Assembly: GCA_038496445.1 (NCBI GenBank)
Contig: JALMLS010000064.1
Coordinates: 248,001 to 312,000, forward strand
Direction: 5' to 3'
Source of the DNA: Trichosphaerium sp. ATCC 40318
Taxonomy: Eukaryota > Protista > Tubulinea
Length of the DNA: 64,000 bases
Shown here: positions 12,891 through 25,040 of the stretch, piece by piece
Layout of the letters: every line of letters starts with the position of its first letter
Position numbering within the stretch: the first letter of the stretch is position 1
Program-made: the position numbers and the translations under genes
The notes under the pieces: model-generated
Told to the model about the DNA's origin: nothing
The model's input: only the letters and a program-made list of their open reading frames with translations
Database searches by the model: none

Positions 12891-13554
12891 TAAAACTATG
12901 TCGGTGTTAGTCGTGGTACACGTTTAAAGGCTCAAAGAGTAATTTGGCCGTTGTATGGATGTAAAGCGGATGATTGTTTTAACAGCAAATTCTATATAGC
13001 TGTACTTGATCTTTTTAGGCTTATCAGTCTTATATGGGCATCGCATACGCTGGCAAATCATTTTTTTAATATAAGCCATAATATAATCTGTTTATATGTC
13101 TACAAGTGTTAAACGTAATCCATAGTACGCTATGACGACGTTGGCTGTATAATTCATAAACATTTTGATTTTCCAACATGGAGAATTTGGTGGAATTGTA
13201 ACGGGGATCAACTTATGTAAATACCCGCTTTAGTCCAAAAAAACACTGATTCAACTTCCAAAAAACAGTTTAAGTACAAGCGCCAGGGTCAGCTACACCA
13301 AGAAACAACTCAACTGACTGAGAGTATTTCTAGTGATTGTATTGCTTTAAACGTTACTACATTGACAATTGTGACACATGACAAAATAAATATTCTTGAC
13401 AGTTTTAACTCACCCAAAAACACTAAATGCAAACATAGCTGTCTGCTTTTCGTGAACATAATAACATTATGACTAATTTTGTTTTCATTTATTCCGTTTG
13501 TTTGTTTATACAAAGCAATAAAAAGTGTACTATGATAAGTCTAGACGGCCACTG

Positions 13555-14694
13555 TTATACAATGAAATCTGCCCTTACTACCTGTGCACCGGCTGCCTGT
13601 GCACCCTCTTTTGAAGTTAAGGAGCAACCATACAGGGTTATAGTGTGTACACCTGCCAATGCTTTCAATCCTTCATCTGTTACTTTTGTTCCTGATACAT
13701 TTATAGTGTGTACACCAGCCAATGCTTTAATGCCTTCATCTGTTACATCACAGCGTTTCAAATTTATAGTGTGTACACCTGCTAATGCTTTGATGCCTTC
13801 ATCTGTTACCTTGGTGCGTAGTAACCCAATCGTGTGTACACCAGCCAATGCTTTAATGCCTTCATCTGTTGCATCACAGCGTTCCAAATTTATAGTGTGT
13901 ACACCTGCCAATGCTTTAATGCCTTCATCTGTTATCTTGGTAAGTCTTAAACCTATTTCATGTACACCAGCCAATGCTTTAATGCCTTCATCTGATACAT
14001 CACAGCGTTCCAAATTTATAGTGTGTACACCTGCCAATGCTTTGATGCCTTCATCTGTTACCTTGGTAAGTCTTAAATCTATTTTGTGTACACCAGCCAA
14101 TGCTTTAACGCCTTCATTGGTAATTGATAGACATCTATACAGGTTGACAGTGTGGACACCTTTCAAGGCCTTCAAAGCTTTATCTGTTACCTTTGTATGT
14201 GATAAATTAATATTGTGTACACCAACCAACGCCTTGATGCCCTCATGAGTTACATTGCAGTGATACAAATTGATAGTGTGTACGCCTGCCAATGCCTTCA
14301 ATCCTTCATCTGTTACCTTGGTGCGTAGTAACCCAATCATGTGTACACCAGCCAACGCTTTAATGCCTTCGTCTGTTATTGATTCACAACTAAACAAATT
14401 GATTGTATGTACTCCTGCTAGTAACCTCAACTGATTGTCGTTTACATCTCTATACCCATAGAACAGAATGGGTGTATTCTGCAATAAAGGACTGCCAGAA
14501 AGCGTCGTCACCTCGGTACTGCTTTTAACAATAATTTGATGATATCCGACGTGGTTATGGACAATATCCCGCAAGAAGCGGCAAGTTTGCGTGGAACGAA
14601 GTGTAAAAGTGCCTTGTTTGAGAATATGAACAATTAGTTCAACGGGGAGCGCGACAAGGTCACTAATGTTCTGGCTAACCTCTTCTTCATTCAT
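13555..14694 (-). CDS. Intronless F-box + 13 short leucine-rich repeats
   Basis: LVALPVELIVHIL F-box; 13 x 21-22 aa repeats LAGVHxIxLxx(C/T)xVTDEGIKA. Confidence 0.93.
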   Translation of the reverse strand: MNEEEVSQNISDLVALPVELIVHILKQGTFTLRSTQTCRFLRDIVHNHVGYHQIIVKSSTEVTTLSGSPLLQNTPILFYGYRDVNDNQLRLLAGVHTINLFSCESITDEGIKALAGVHMIGLLRTKVTDEGLKALAGVHTINLYHCNVTHEGIKALVGVHNINLSHTKVTDKALKALKGVHTVNLYRCLSITNEGVKALAGVHKIDLRLTKVTDEGIKALAGVHTINLERCDVSDEGIKALAGVHEIGLRLTKITDEGIKALAGVHTINLERCDATDEGIKALAGVHTIGLLRTKVTDEGIKALAGVHTINLKRCDVTDEGIKALAGVHTINVSGTKVTDEGLKALAGVHTITLYGCSLTSKEGAQAAGAQVVRADFIV

Positions 14695-14820
14695 TTTGCT
14701 ATTATACGCTCGAAACGTGGCTATGTTTGTTATTATGTTATTGTTAGATGATCGGAATATTTTTACAGGACGTCACGTGACTAAATTCGTTTTTTCCTCA
14801 ACTAACGACTATACCGCTAA

Positions 14821-15081
14821 CGGGCCATAGTTTTTTCCGAATTTTCCGAAAACAAAAATTCGAAAAAATAGAATTCGTAGAAAGATACATAGCTAGGGCA
14901 GTCCACTAAACTAGAAAGCGCCTGGTTCACTTACGGTCGGGTCCTCGCTGTGCTCGGAACTAGAACCCGACCTTCGCTCACATATAGTGATCCATTGGTG
15001 GGTATAGGCATTCGGTTTTTGTATCGAATTCTATTTTTTCGAATTTTTTCTTTCGAAAAATTCGGAAAAAACGTGGGTCCG
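14821..15081. mobile_element. MITE (non-autonomous DNA transposon), ~57-bp imperfect TIRs, TSD CCGCTAA
   Basis: Left end CGGGCCATAGTTTTTTCCGAATTTTCCGAAAACAAAAATTCGAAAAAATAGAATTCG matches the reverse complement of the right end; CCGCTAA at 14814-14820 and 15082-15088. Confidence 0.85.
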
Positions 15082-15529
15082 CCGCTAACCACCGAAATCA
15101 ACATAAAAAATGAATTTTAGCATACAGGTAAGCTACTGTTTTGAAAGCAGTACTGTTGTCCATCAAGTAAGGCTGTCACTTGTTCAATCCAACAAAAAAA
15201 AAGCGAAACGTTTTTCTGGCTCGGTCAATTCTAGGTAGGCTAAATTAACCGTCCATTTACCCGCGCATAGTACGTTGTAATTTTATGTTGTACCCAAGCG
15301 CGAATATCGCGTTAAATGTCAATTGACTCGTTTTTTTAATTAATTGGCGTTTTAATACCGCTATTGTATATTTTACGTCGCTAATACTATTCTAGCGTTC
15401 TATTGTTCGTAAATAATCAGATATTGAAATAACGGACTGAACCTCGTCAATACCTTGCGGATTGATCTAATAACTCTCGAAACAGTTTAAAACATCGATT
15501 ACGAATACTTTTAACGAAAAAAAACAGCG

Positions 15530-17034
15530 ATGGGCGCAAAATCAAGTAAAAACTCTCGAAAGCGTATAAACTGGGATAATTGCTACGATAATAAACAAAG
15601 CGGACTATTAAGCGCAAATTTAGACGTATTTCTCGAAGTTACATGTCATTTAGATATATGTTCCCTTATTCACTGTCTCTTGGCTTGTAAGGCACTTCAC
15701 AATATTGGTAATGTACCTACTGTATGGAAAGCAGTTGTAACGAGCAGTGGCAAAGCTGTCCGTGACACATGGGCCAAGTGGTGTCAACGTACAGATTGTC
15801 CAAAAGCGAAACTTCGGTTTTTTACCAGTACGTTTCTTATTTTTTTCCGGATTTTTTTTTTGCGTTCGTAATACACCCTCGTATATATTCGATTAATTAG
15901 TTTGTAGATTTACTTAGTGGGCATGGTGCTCGTGAAGGGTTGAGGGATATTCTTTTATCGAAAAAATTGGGTAGCTCTGATGAAGAATTAGAAGAAAAAT
16001 TACGTATTCCAACAATCTTCAATGATCCTTGGTCGTGTCAGACCATTACTATAAACCTCGATAAAGTACTTCCGACTACGGATTACCATCATTATGGTCA
16101 ATTACAATACGGTCCACCTGTATACGCACCGGCAAAGGTACTTACCATAGACACAAATAGAGAAACTTTAGTAGCTGCTAACTCTTTGGGATACATGGAG
16201 TTTTTTGGACTTTCTTCTTCCGCCAGGTCTTCCGCTCCTTGCAAGCGTAATGGGGTTCTATATAATAACACACATTGGTGTACGACAGTGGCTATATCTG
16301 ATGATTCTACAAAAGTTCTGAGTGCACGTACAGATAGTACAGTAACTCTTTTTGATAGAGCTAAGCCTCAAGGAGCACCAAAGGATTATTCTAATTGCGA
16401 AGGATTTGTTTTAAAAGCTAGGTTCCTTGATGAATCGTCTGAGAAAATTATAGCTTCTTATTATGGTACTGTTAAGGTATGGGATACAGAGACATCAAAG
16501 GATTTAGCTATATGTACTCATCATGGTGATAGTGATATTTATTTTGAGTTGAGTCCTTTTGAATCTAATATTTGTATTTCTGGATCAAGTGCTGCTATTA
16601 ATGAAAAAAGTTATGTATTACTATGGGATGTTAGGACATGTGATTATGTTTTTAAAAGAAAAACAGGTTGTGTTGATGATATATGTTGGTTATCTTCATG
16701 TACTTATGCTACTTCTATTAGTAATTGTGGTGTTTTTGTTAGTGATATAAGAATGGAAGATTATCCTCTTTTTGTTTGTGATGATTATTATCCTAGTGTT
16801 ATTTGTTCAAGTGATTATGGACAGCATATTTTTATGGGGTGTGATAGTCATGTTCTTGATTTAAACTTATTGACTGGTAAAGTTGATCCTCTTTTTGGTG
16901 ATGATGGTACTACGTTGCCTGGTTTTTCTGTTTCTTCTATATCACTTGGTGGACCTAATAATGAGACATTATGTATAGGAAGCCATGGTAGACTGATGAT
17001 TGTAAAATTAAAGCAGCGAAAGACCGAATTTTAG
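15530..17034 (+). CDS. F-box + WD40 repeat protein (2 exons)
   Basis: LDVFLEVTCHLDICSLIHCLLACKAL...VWK F-box; WD repeats ending TLFD, KVWD, LLWD, VSD. Confidence 0.85.
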
Positions 17035-17670
17035 ATAAAATACCCAAAGTAAAAAAGTAATCAACGTTTTGTTTGTGACCCTTGTGCTTGTTTTTAGCTA
17101 AAACATAATCAAACTAAATCTCTATATTTTTAACATGCGCAGGAAACTGGGAAGTTTCTATGTTTAACACAGTAGCACTTGTGACAATGACCTTGAGTTA
17201 ATCGCAGGTGCATAGAAACAACTTTTTTTTGATGCAAAGACAGACATACTGCGGATGTGAAGTTTAGCACGTGATATTATTAGAATCTATCTGAATTCGT
17301 AATGAACTAAACGGCAATCGTTACCAAAAGTGTTTGTTTTATTTGTTGGTCAAACCATGTGTACAATAACTTCCCACACCCGGGGCAGAGCCTAGCGGCG
17401 AATGAGTGCCATAACCCAGTTGTCTCCCTTTGTGGCGAACAGTTCAATCACTTTGACATTTTTTCGACTTTTTTTTCTACATTTTAGACACCGCAAAAAA
17501 GAAAGAAGAAAATTACGATGGGTAAACAAACAAAAGGTGCATATTAAAGAAGGTACGTACTATGTAATGACATGAGGTCAGGTTGACACAATGGCCGGAT
17601 TTGTGAATAAGGAGGTCCAGTTAAGTTATTGTACTGTTGTACTGCTTGTAAATAGTCTCAACGTATAAAG

Positions 17671-19095
17671 ATGAACCTCATATATAACTTCTCAAGCGCA
17701 GAGCAAAATCGGCCGTCGTTTTTCGAATTGCTGATGGAAACTCAATTAATGCCAAGTGAGTGCCGTTGTAAGGGGCGTGGCGCGTTATGACTGGTTTATA
17801 TAGGTTTAAAGCCGGCGTTGAAATACATGCTCATGGTAAAATAGAGGAAACCAAGCCTAAAAGTTGCTTACGCATATATAGACGCTATCTCAACGATCTT
17901 CTGGTCTTACTTGGGCGGTTAAATGGTCAGATGAAATATACACCTTATTATTGTTTCTACTGGAGCGACACCATCTCAATAACTACGGTAAACTAAAATT
18001 CGCCTCAACAGTCGACTTTAAAACATTTATGTTATCAGTCTTCTCATAACGACTAATTTACGTAATAAACACCTAACGCAAGCGTAGACGCATCATTTGC
18101 AGAAAACTTTTATGGTTTAAAGGTACAAACGAAACAAAATCCCTCAACTCACCCTCAATATAGCGTACAGTAGTCTCAGAAGATGGAAAAAAATTATTAC
18201 CGCTCACAGCATCAAGGAGACGTGTTGCTTTGTTCTTTTTAGTGATTTTTCCATATCTCAAAGAAAAAGTTGATGCATTCTACGTCTCAAGGTTTCGTTC
18301 TCATCGAAGACATAATGTACCTAATAGTGTACGTCAATACTTTTATATATAGAGTACTAAAAATAATGTTTATAGCCATTGAAGCGTATGGCATTGGAGA
18401 TGTTTAGAATTTTTTATCCATTTTTCATTGCTTTATGGGAATCTTGGTTTTTTATTTATCAATTGCTGTACATGTATGGATACAGTATACATTATACCCC
18501 ATTGTTATTCTTACAAGGGCTTACTGTACGTATTACTTGATGTTAGAGGACCATTAAGTTAATCTTAAAAAGGTTAAACGACTGACAATGGGTGACTTGG
18601 TTGAACAATCTCAAAAAACAATAACAAACCAAATTAAACTCAAGCGAAGATCAGGCCTTTTGTACGTTTCTTTTGATTAACTTTTATAGTGAATATATTA
18701 TCCTAATAATCTATTCAAGCGCACGAACAAAGGATACAGTTTTTTCTGCTATAGGAACGACGCTTGATTGGGCTCGATACACATTGCCTTTGGCTATATT
18801 TTTCTTCAAGTTTTTGGAATGGTGGTACAGTGAGAATCGCTTAACTACATCGAACCTTCCTGCTCCACCACCTCCGCCGCCATCAAGACAATCAATAGGT
18901 GGATTACCAATAGATACATCAAACTTGTCAGTTTGCCCTATCTGTAAGAAGAAACGTGAAAATCCTGCTGCTTCATCTTCTGGACATGTTTATTGTTACA
19001 TGTGTTTATTCGATTATGTACAACTTCATAAACGTTGTCCAACTACTCATTTACCTATGAGTGATTCAGATATCAGAAAATTATATGATGACTAG
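17671..19095 (+). CDS. PEX12: Peroxin 12 (peroxisomal RING protein)
   Basis: RPSFFELL, ASFAENFYGLK, IFFFKFLEWWY, poly-Pro, CPICKKKRENPA...SGHVYCYMC...RCPTT...IRKLY. Confidence 0.95.
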
Positions 19096-19150
19096 TCTAG
19101 ACGATAGAATAAAGTGTAAAAATCAATAAAAAAAACACCAGTGTCTTGGT

Positions 19151-20440
19151 TCATTCAATGTTTATTTGAAACTCGTTTTCTATTGTCGCTGTTGGCTCCC
19201 ACCCTAAAGAAACATGTAAGAAAGAGTGTACAACATTGACCCAACAAACCTCCAGGTACGTTAAAAGCAATAGAAATACGCTGAGATTCACCGCTTGTTG
19301 GAGATACCTAAGTATTCATTTATTAAATAGATTTCTCAATAGTGGTGATAACTTACCATATGCATAAGCCAGGAAGGAAACATTAAAAGGTCACCAGCTT
19401 TAGGTGTTATAGTCAACCTATAAGGGTATATTTTAATATTTCTTCATTCATTATCTTAAGTAAACATACCTGTTATCAAACGGAGGTAGAGGCCCTCGTG
19501 GGTCTTCTAGTACTATCTGACCTGCTTTTTCTGGTACTTTTACATAATATACAGCTGACAACATTGCTTTAGGATGTGAATGACGCATGTGCATTATACA
19601 GTCATTGTGTACTGTAGCCCAAGCGTGAAGGTTTTTATCCCTTGATCCAACAATTGCCTACACACTTACTTAAACAATCGCAGGTTTGTAATTATTCTAT
19701 TAATACACGTACCTCATCTACGCCAATGATACCCAAGAGATTATCAGCAACACGGTTAACAAGGCCAACTAGTTGTGATCGGTAAAAAAAACGGAATAAA
19801 ATAAGAAAAAGACTAGTTCACTAACCAACTGTGTTGACTTCTTTAGCATTCTCAAATTTACTCCAACCTCCTCTATTTGTCTGCCACTCATAGAATAATG
19901 CATTTATGCTACGTTGAGTACTATCTACACCAACAACAAAAATTATTAAACACGTGATCAACTGATAACCGCACGTGAAAATCTGCAAAAAAAAAAAAGT
20001 TATACCTTTTGACACGTGCTTGTTCTGAGCGATGAGCTTATTGTACTCAGTCAAGATAAGGCTACCGAGGTTTGCGTTGAACTGTTCTAGAGATATATTG
20101 AAGGCTGCTGCGTTTGTATGAACTACAGGTGTTTGCCAAAGCATCTTAAGCGTTGCTGTATTTGACGCAAGTCTAGGTGTACTTTGGTGCCTTTTGGCCG
20201 TTAAACAAGGGATGTTGTACGTTGTTAGCTCACTCAAACTCCTGTTGAAGCGCGTTGCGGAGAGGCAGATCGTATGTAGGCTCCGAAAAGTTTATGCCAA
20301 GCAAAGTAGCGCAAATATAAAAGAAAACTGCGCACAGCAGTGCTGTTACGCCTGTAAATCATAATTAGAGGTAAATCAAGCTGTATAATAGAATACCAGC
20401 TGTTTTACATATTACACTGCTACGCGTTACTTTATTAGCA
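19151..20440 (-). CDS. 2OG-Fe(II) oxygenase (TIGR02466-like) with N-terminal hydrophobic segment; start approximate
   Basis: WATVH...HSHPKAMLSAVYYVKVP...LEDPRG...PKAGDLLMFPSWLMHMV...RISIAFN. Confidence 0.85.
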
Positions 20441-20703
20441 TAATAATGACGCACAACGCGTTAAATATTTAAATAAACGTACCTACGCGAATCTTGCATT
20501 GCAGGGCGAACGCGTAGCGGATATTTGTTGATTTCGCCCAAATTTGTTTGTTAGCTGCGTTTTTACGTCCAGCTTGCTGGTAATAACGTTTAACGGCAAA
20601 AAATTGATTAGTGAAGCTACGGTCATGCCCTGGAAAAAACCCTGGTTGATGACCACCGTTTTTACAATGCCAATTTTCACAAATCAAAAAGTCACTATTC
20701 AAA

Positions 20704-21553
<850 letters not shown>

Positions 21554-21732
21554 AGATAATAAAAAAAAAGGGATAACAAGTGTTGTACATACTAAAATAA
21601 AATACAAATATTTGCTCGAACCTCGCTTAAAGGTCTTCTTGTGCTTTGTCTTGTTTTTTTTTTTGCAAGTTTTTTTGTGAATGAGCCGTCAATTCTTTTC
21701 TTTATTCTTGTTTTTTGTTTAAATTATACGCA

Positions 21733-22705
21733 ATGAGCGAAGAAGAGGGCTATGATTCGTTAAGTGATAGAAGCGTAGATGAAGAAAACGAAGAGAATAG
21801 CTTTGAGTCCCAAGAAGATAATATGGATGTAGACGCATCTGAGGATGATGGAGACATGCAGTATGCGATTTAAGTGTATTTATAATTTATAACCAACCAT
21901 TTAGAGTTCCTTTACCGTACAACGACACTATAGGCGTAAATAAAGAGATATGGCTTATTACAGCTCCTTCAACTGTACGTTACATATTCTACTATCAAAA
22001 AAGGCTTAAAACACCGCGAGACGACATAAAACCGTTGTAGTCAAGCTGAAATCCGCTTAATTGATGTTTATTTGCGGAAATCTTACCCTGTATTTCAGTT
22101 TGACATGTCGTCCCTTGACGGCGTCTCTATCCCAATTTCTGGAAAGGCAGACGTTGGAAACATCATTGTATCAGAAGTAGGTGCTCCTTCACGTCTAGTG
22201 CCCGTATTCCCGGATGAAATGAATGATCTCCATGTTGGTACGACACCGTTTTAATCAATTGTGTCACACAAAAAAAAACCACAACAGCTTCACTCTGAGA
22301 CCCTTGCTTGATTTTATGCAATTTTTCCATCACCTTTACGTGCATTCACAAGAGACTGACGTTGTCTTTGACAAAATGAACTTTTTTATTTTTGATTTTT
22401 TTTGTCGACATTTTTTCGCAGTTTCCTTGTCTATGCTCTAATGTCATACTTCCACATGTTGCTCTGTGGTGTGTGTATGTATTTATTACATAAGCTTGTG
22501 GTAGTAACAGGGTTGTTTGATAGTGTGCTGTGTAGGAAAAAATAGAATTCGGCATCCTTCTTTGTTTTTTTTTTTTGATTTTGTGTTTTTGCTCGTATTA
22601 AGACTTTATGTAGCATCTCGAGTTTCGAAGCGTATCCAAATTACAGAAAAATTAAAGCCTCAAAGACCTAAGAAGAGACAAAAGGTTATAAAGAAAACCA
22701 AATAG
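21733..22705 (+). CDS. RNA polymerase I subunit RPA34-like protein
   Basis: Acidic N-terminus, IWLITAPST|FDMSSLDG motif like the RPA34/PAF49 LWLIxAP motif, basic Lys-rich C-terminus. Confidence 0.55.
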
Positions 22706-23394
22706 AGTAAAAATAGAAAAAAGAAAAAAAAATACCCCAAATGTAATTTTATCAATACACGTTCCTTTAACTGTAACTTCATCTTTTTCTATTACACTAC
22801 ATAGCTGAAGTCCAACGATAATATGCTTATACGAAGCATTTCTCAATACGGTGAAATACAAGTGTTGGCATATGTCAAAAAACTCTCATCCAAAATTGTT
22901 TCTGTAGTTTTATCGACAATGCTCCTTACTGCTTGTACTTCCCTCTTTGCGACTGGTGGAGTTACTACGTAGCTTGCTGAATGTTGGAGTTGGTATTAAC
23001 CATACTCTATGTTGTCAGATACTCAGGGCATTAATGAGTGACAACACGAAGCTACACATCATAAATGCACCAATACTATTTTTATCAAGTTTATTGTATT
23101 AGCAATGGAAAACATTGTTCCATTGCTAGCCAGGATTTGGTGTCATTTCTCGTCTAAATACAAGCACTTGCCTACTCCAGTTCCAGTTCCAACATAATCA
23201 ACAATTGTAATCAACAGTGGCATTCTAAACTACATAGCCTTTTTCCCAGCCGCCACATGTGTTGTCGTCTTAGACATTCTAACTTGAACATTGAGGAATT
23301 GGAAAGAAATATTGAACACGTGATAATATTTTCACAAAAAAGAAAGAAAATGTATTTTACAAACAATAGATTAGGTTTTTTTTTCTTTTTACAC

Positions 23395-24805
23395 TCACTG
23401 GATCAATGCTGGGTCCTTGTGTATTGTGTCTTCGTATAGATAACGATTGAATTTTTTTATGAAAGTGAACTTTAGCTTCACTACGATGTACCATAGCCCA
23501 TATACAGCACATGATATACCTATTATACCAACGTACCATACTGGTGCTAAAGGCTTTTTTGTATCCATGAAAGGGTAAGTCCATCTGAAGACAAACAATC
23601 AGTAAGAAAAGAGCAACAACATTTGAAAAAAAACCAAAGAAATCAAATTAACTTTTAGCTTTACGTACTCTCCACCAGAAGCTCTATATATCATGGCGAA
23701 CATACCATAAGCTATTGTCCATAAAATACTATATCCTATATGGATCCACCTAAAAGGTAGCCTAACATAGCATCAGAAGGAAGCTCTCAGACAAAGTCTG
23801 TTTTCCAGCAATTTCAACAAAATAGGAAATAAAGATTCTCACCTATTGAGTGCTAGCTCACCAACAATCCAAATGAAGTTAAGAGCGTGTTGGCTGTAAC
23901 TCGCTGTATTTAAAAATCGGTCTTGAGTTCCAGTCTTTTCACTTGCAGGTAATAAAACAGACCAGGCAATGATATCCACAAGAGTGCAATATATCATATT
24001 CAATTGGAACATTATTATCAACAACCTTCCTGTAGTACCAACTGGCCTTGCCTTCTCTTGAATACTTTTTTTATTTAATGTATGGTCCCAACTTATACAT
24101 GCACCAATCTATATTTAATAAGTATAACATCAGTACACGTGGATAGAAAAAACAAAGCAAAAGAAAACAAACAAAAAAAAAAAGCGGAATTTCTTCGTAC
24201 AGCAAAAAAAACGGTGAGTGAGGTATAGTTCCAAACAGTGAAGAACCTCAGTGATTGTATATTGAATACAATGCCATTTTTCCTCTGTTCTCCAAAAAGG
24301 ACATATAACGTTGTACCCTAGCCATCGTTATTACTAAAGAAAAAGACAAAGAAAAACGAGAAAAAATTAAGACTTTTTTCCGTACCAATGTCACAAAAAA
24401 GCACAACGTTCTGTAAAGAGTAAGTACCCATATTGGTCCAATAGTTGTTTGTGATAATTTAACTAAAAACGATGTGTCAGATGAGAAAACGTGGGAGGTA
24501 ATGAAAGGATACATCGACAAGAAAAGACGTAACAATGGATTTTCAACCAAAATAAAAGTCGTATTCCAAAAATGACGAGAAAACTTCCCAAAACCTAATT
24601 ACCTCTTCTTATATTCCAGTCAGAGCCTCTAACAGTCCAGTGGTTAGTATATTACTTGTTTTGCTTGGAATGTGGATTTATTAAAGTTGTACCGCGTGTT
24701 ATAGTGCCACCAGAGCAGGAATATGACTATAGCGTTTATTGCTATCGTTGCGAGCACTATTATAACGATAAACTGCCATCCAAAAACTTTGTAGTCTAAA
24801 GCCAT
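23395..24805 (-). CDS. Multi-pass membrane protein, rolling stone/AIG1-FAR17a-like
   Basis: FFTVWNYT, SQHALN and WTYPFMD motifs within several TM segments. Confidence 0.75.
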
Positions 24806-25040
24806 CCTGTACGCTTTATTTTCAACGTAAAACGGTAATCCCAGGCTTTAACAACAGACTACGTGACCACGGAAGTCAAAAATTGACTTTTTCTGACATT
24901 TGTGTTTTTGGCTTTTTTCATTTGCAATCAAGGATGACGGTGAACGTTAGTCGCTATATTACGTAAAGCTCTGACGATAATTTGACAGTGTATTATCACT
25001 TGCGAAATATAGTAGTTGTTTAATTAAGCTTACAGACGCC

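Noticed and set aside
13469-14248. 259-aa plus-strand ORF with CTPANALMPSS repeats
   Set aside because: Antisense shadow of the F-box-LRR repeats; the minus frame has the recognisable domains.
13590-14425. CRISPR-like constant/variable periodicity, or a DGR target
   Set aside because: Units are in-frame codon multiples within one ORF; no cas genes, no template repeat and no adenine-specific variation pattern seen.
17378-17445. HDV-like ribozyme (GGCGAA motifs) or U6atac similarity
   Set aside because: Required P1/P2/P3 pairings could not be built, and the U6atac resemblance is only a few scattered bases.
22740-23260. Possible small minus-strand gene between the RPA34-like and rolling-stone-like genes
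   Set aside because: Exon-like pieces exist but I could not join them into a stop-free model.
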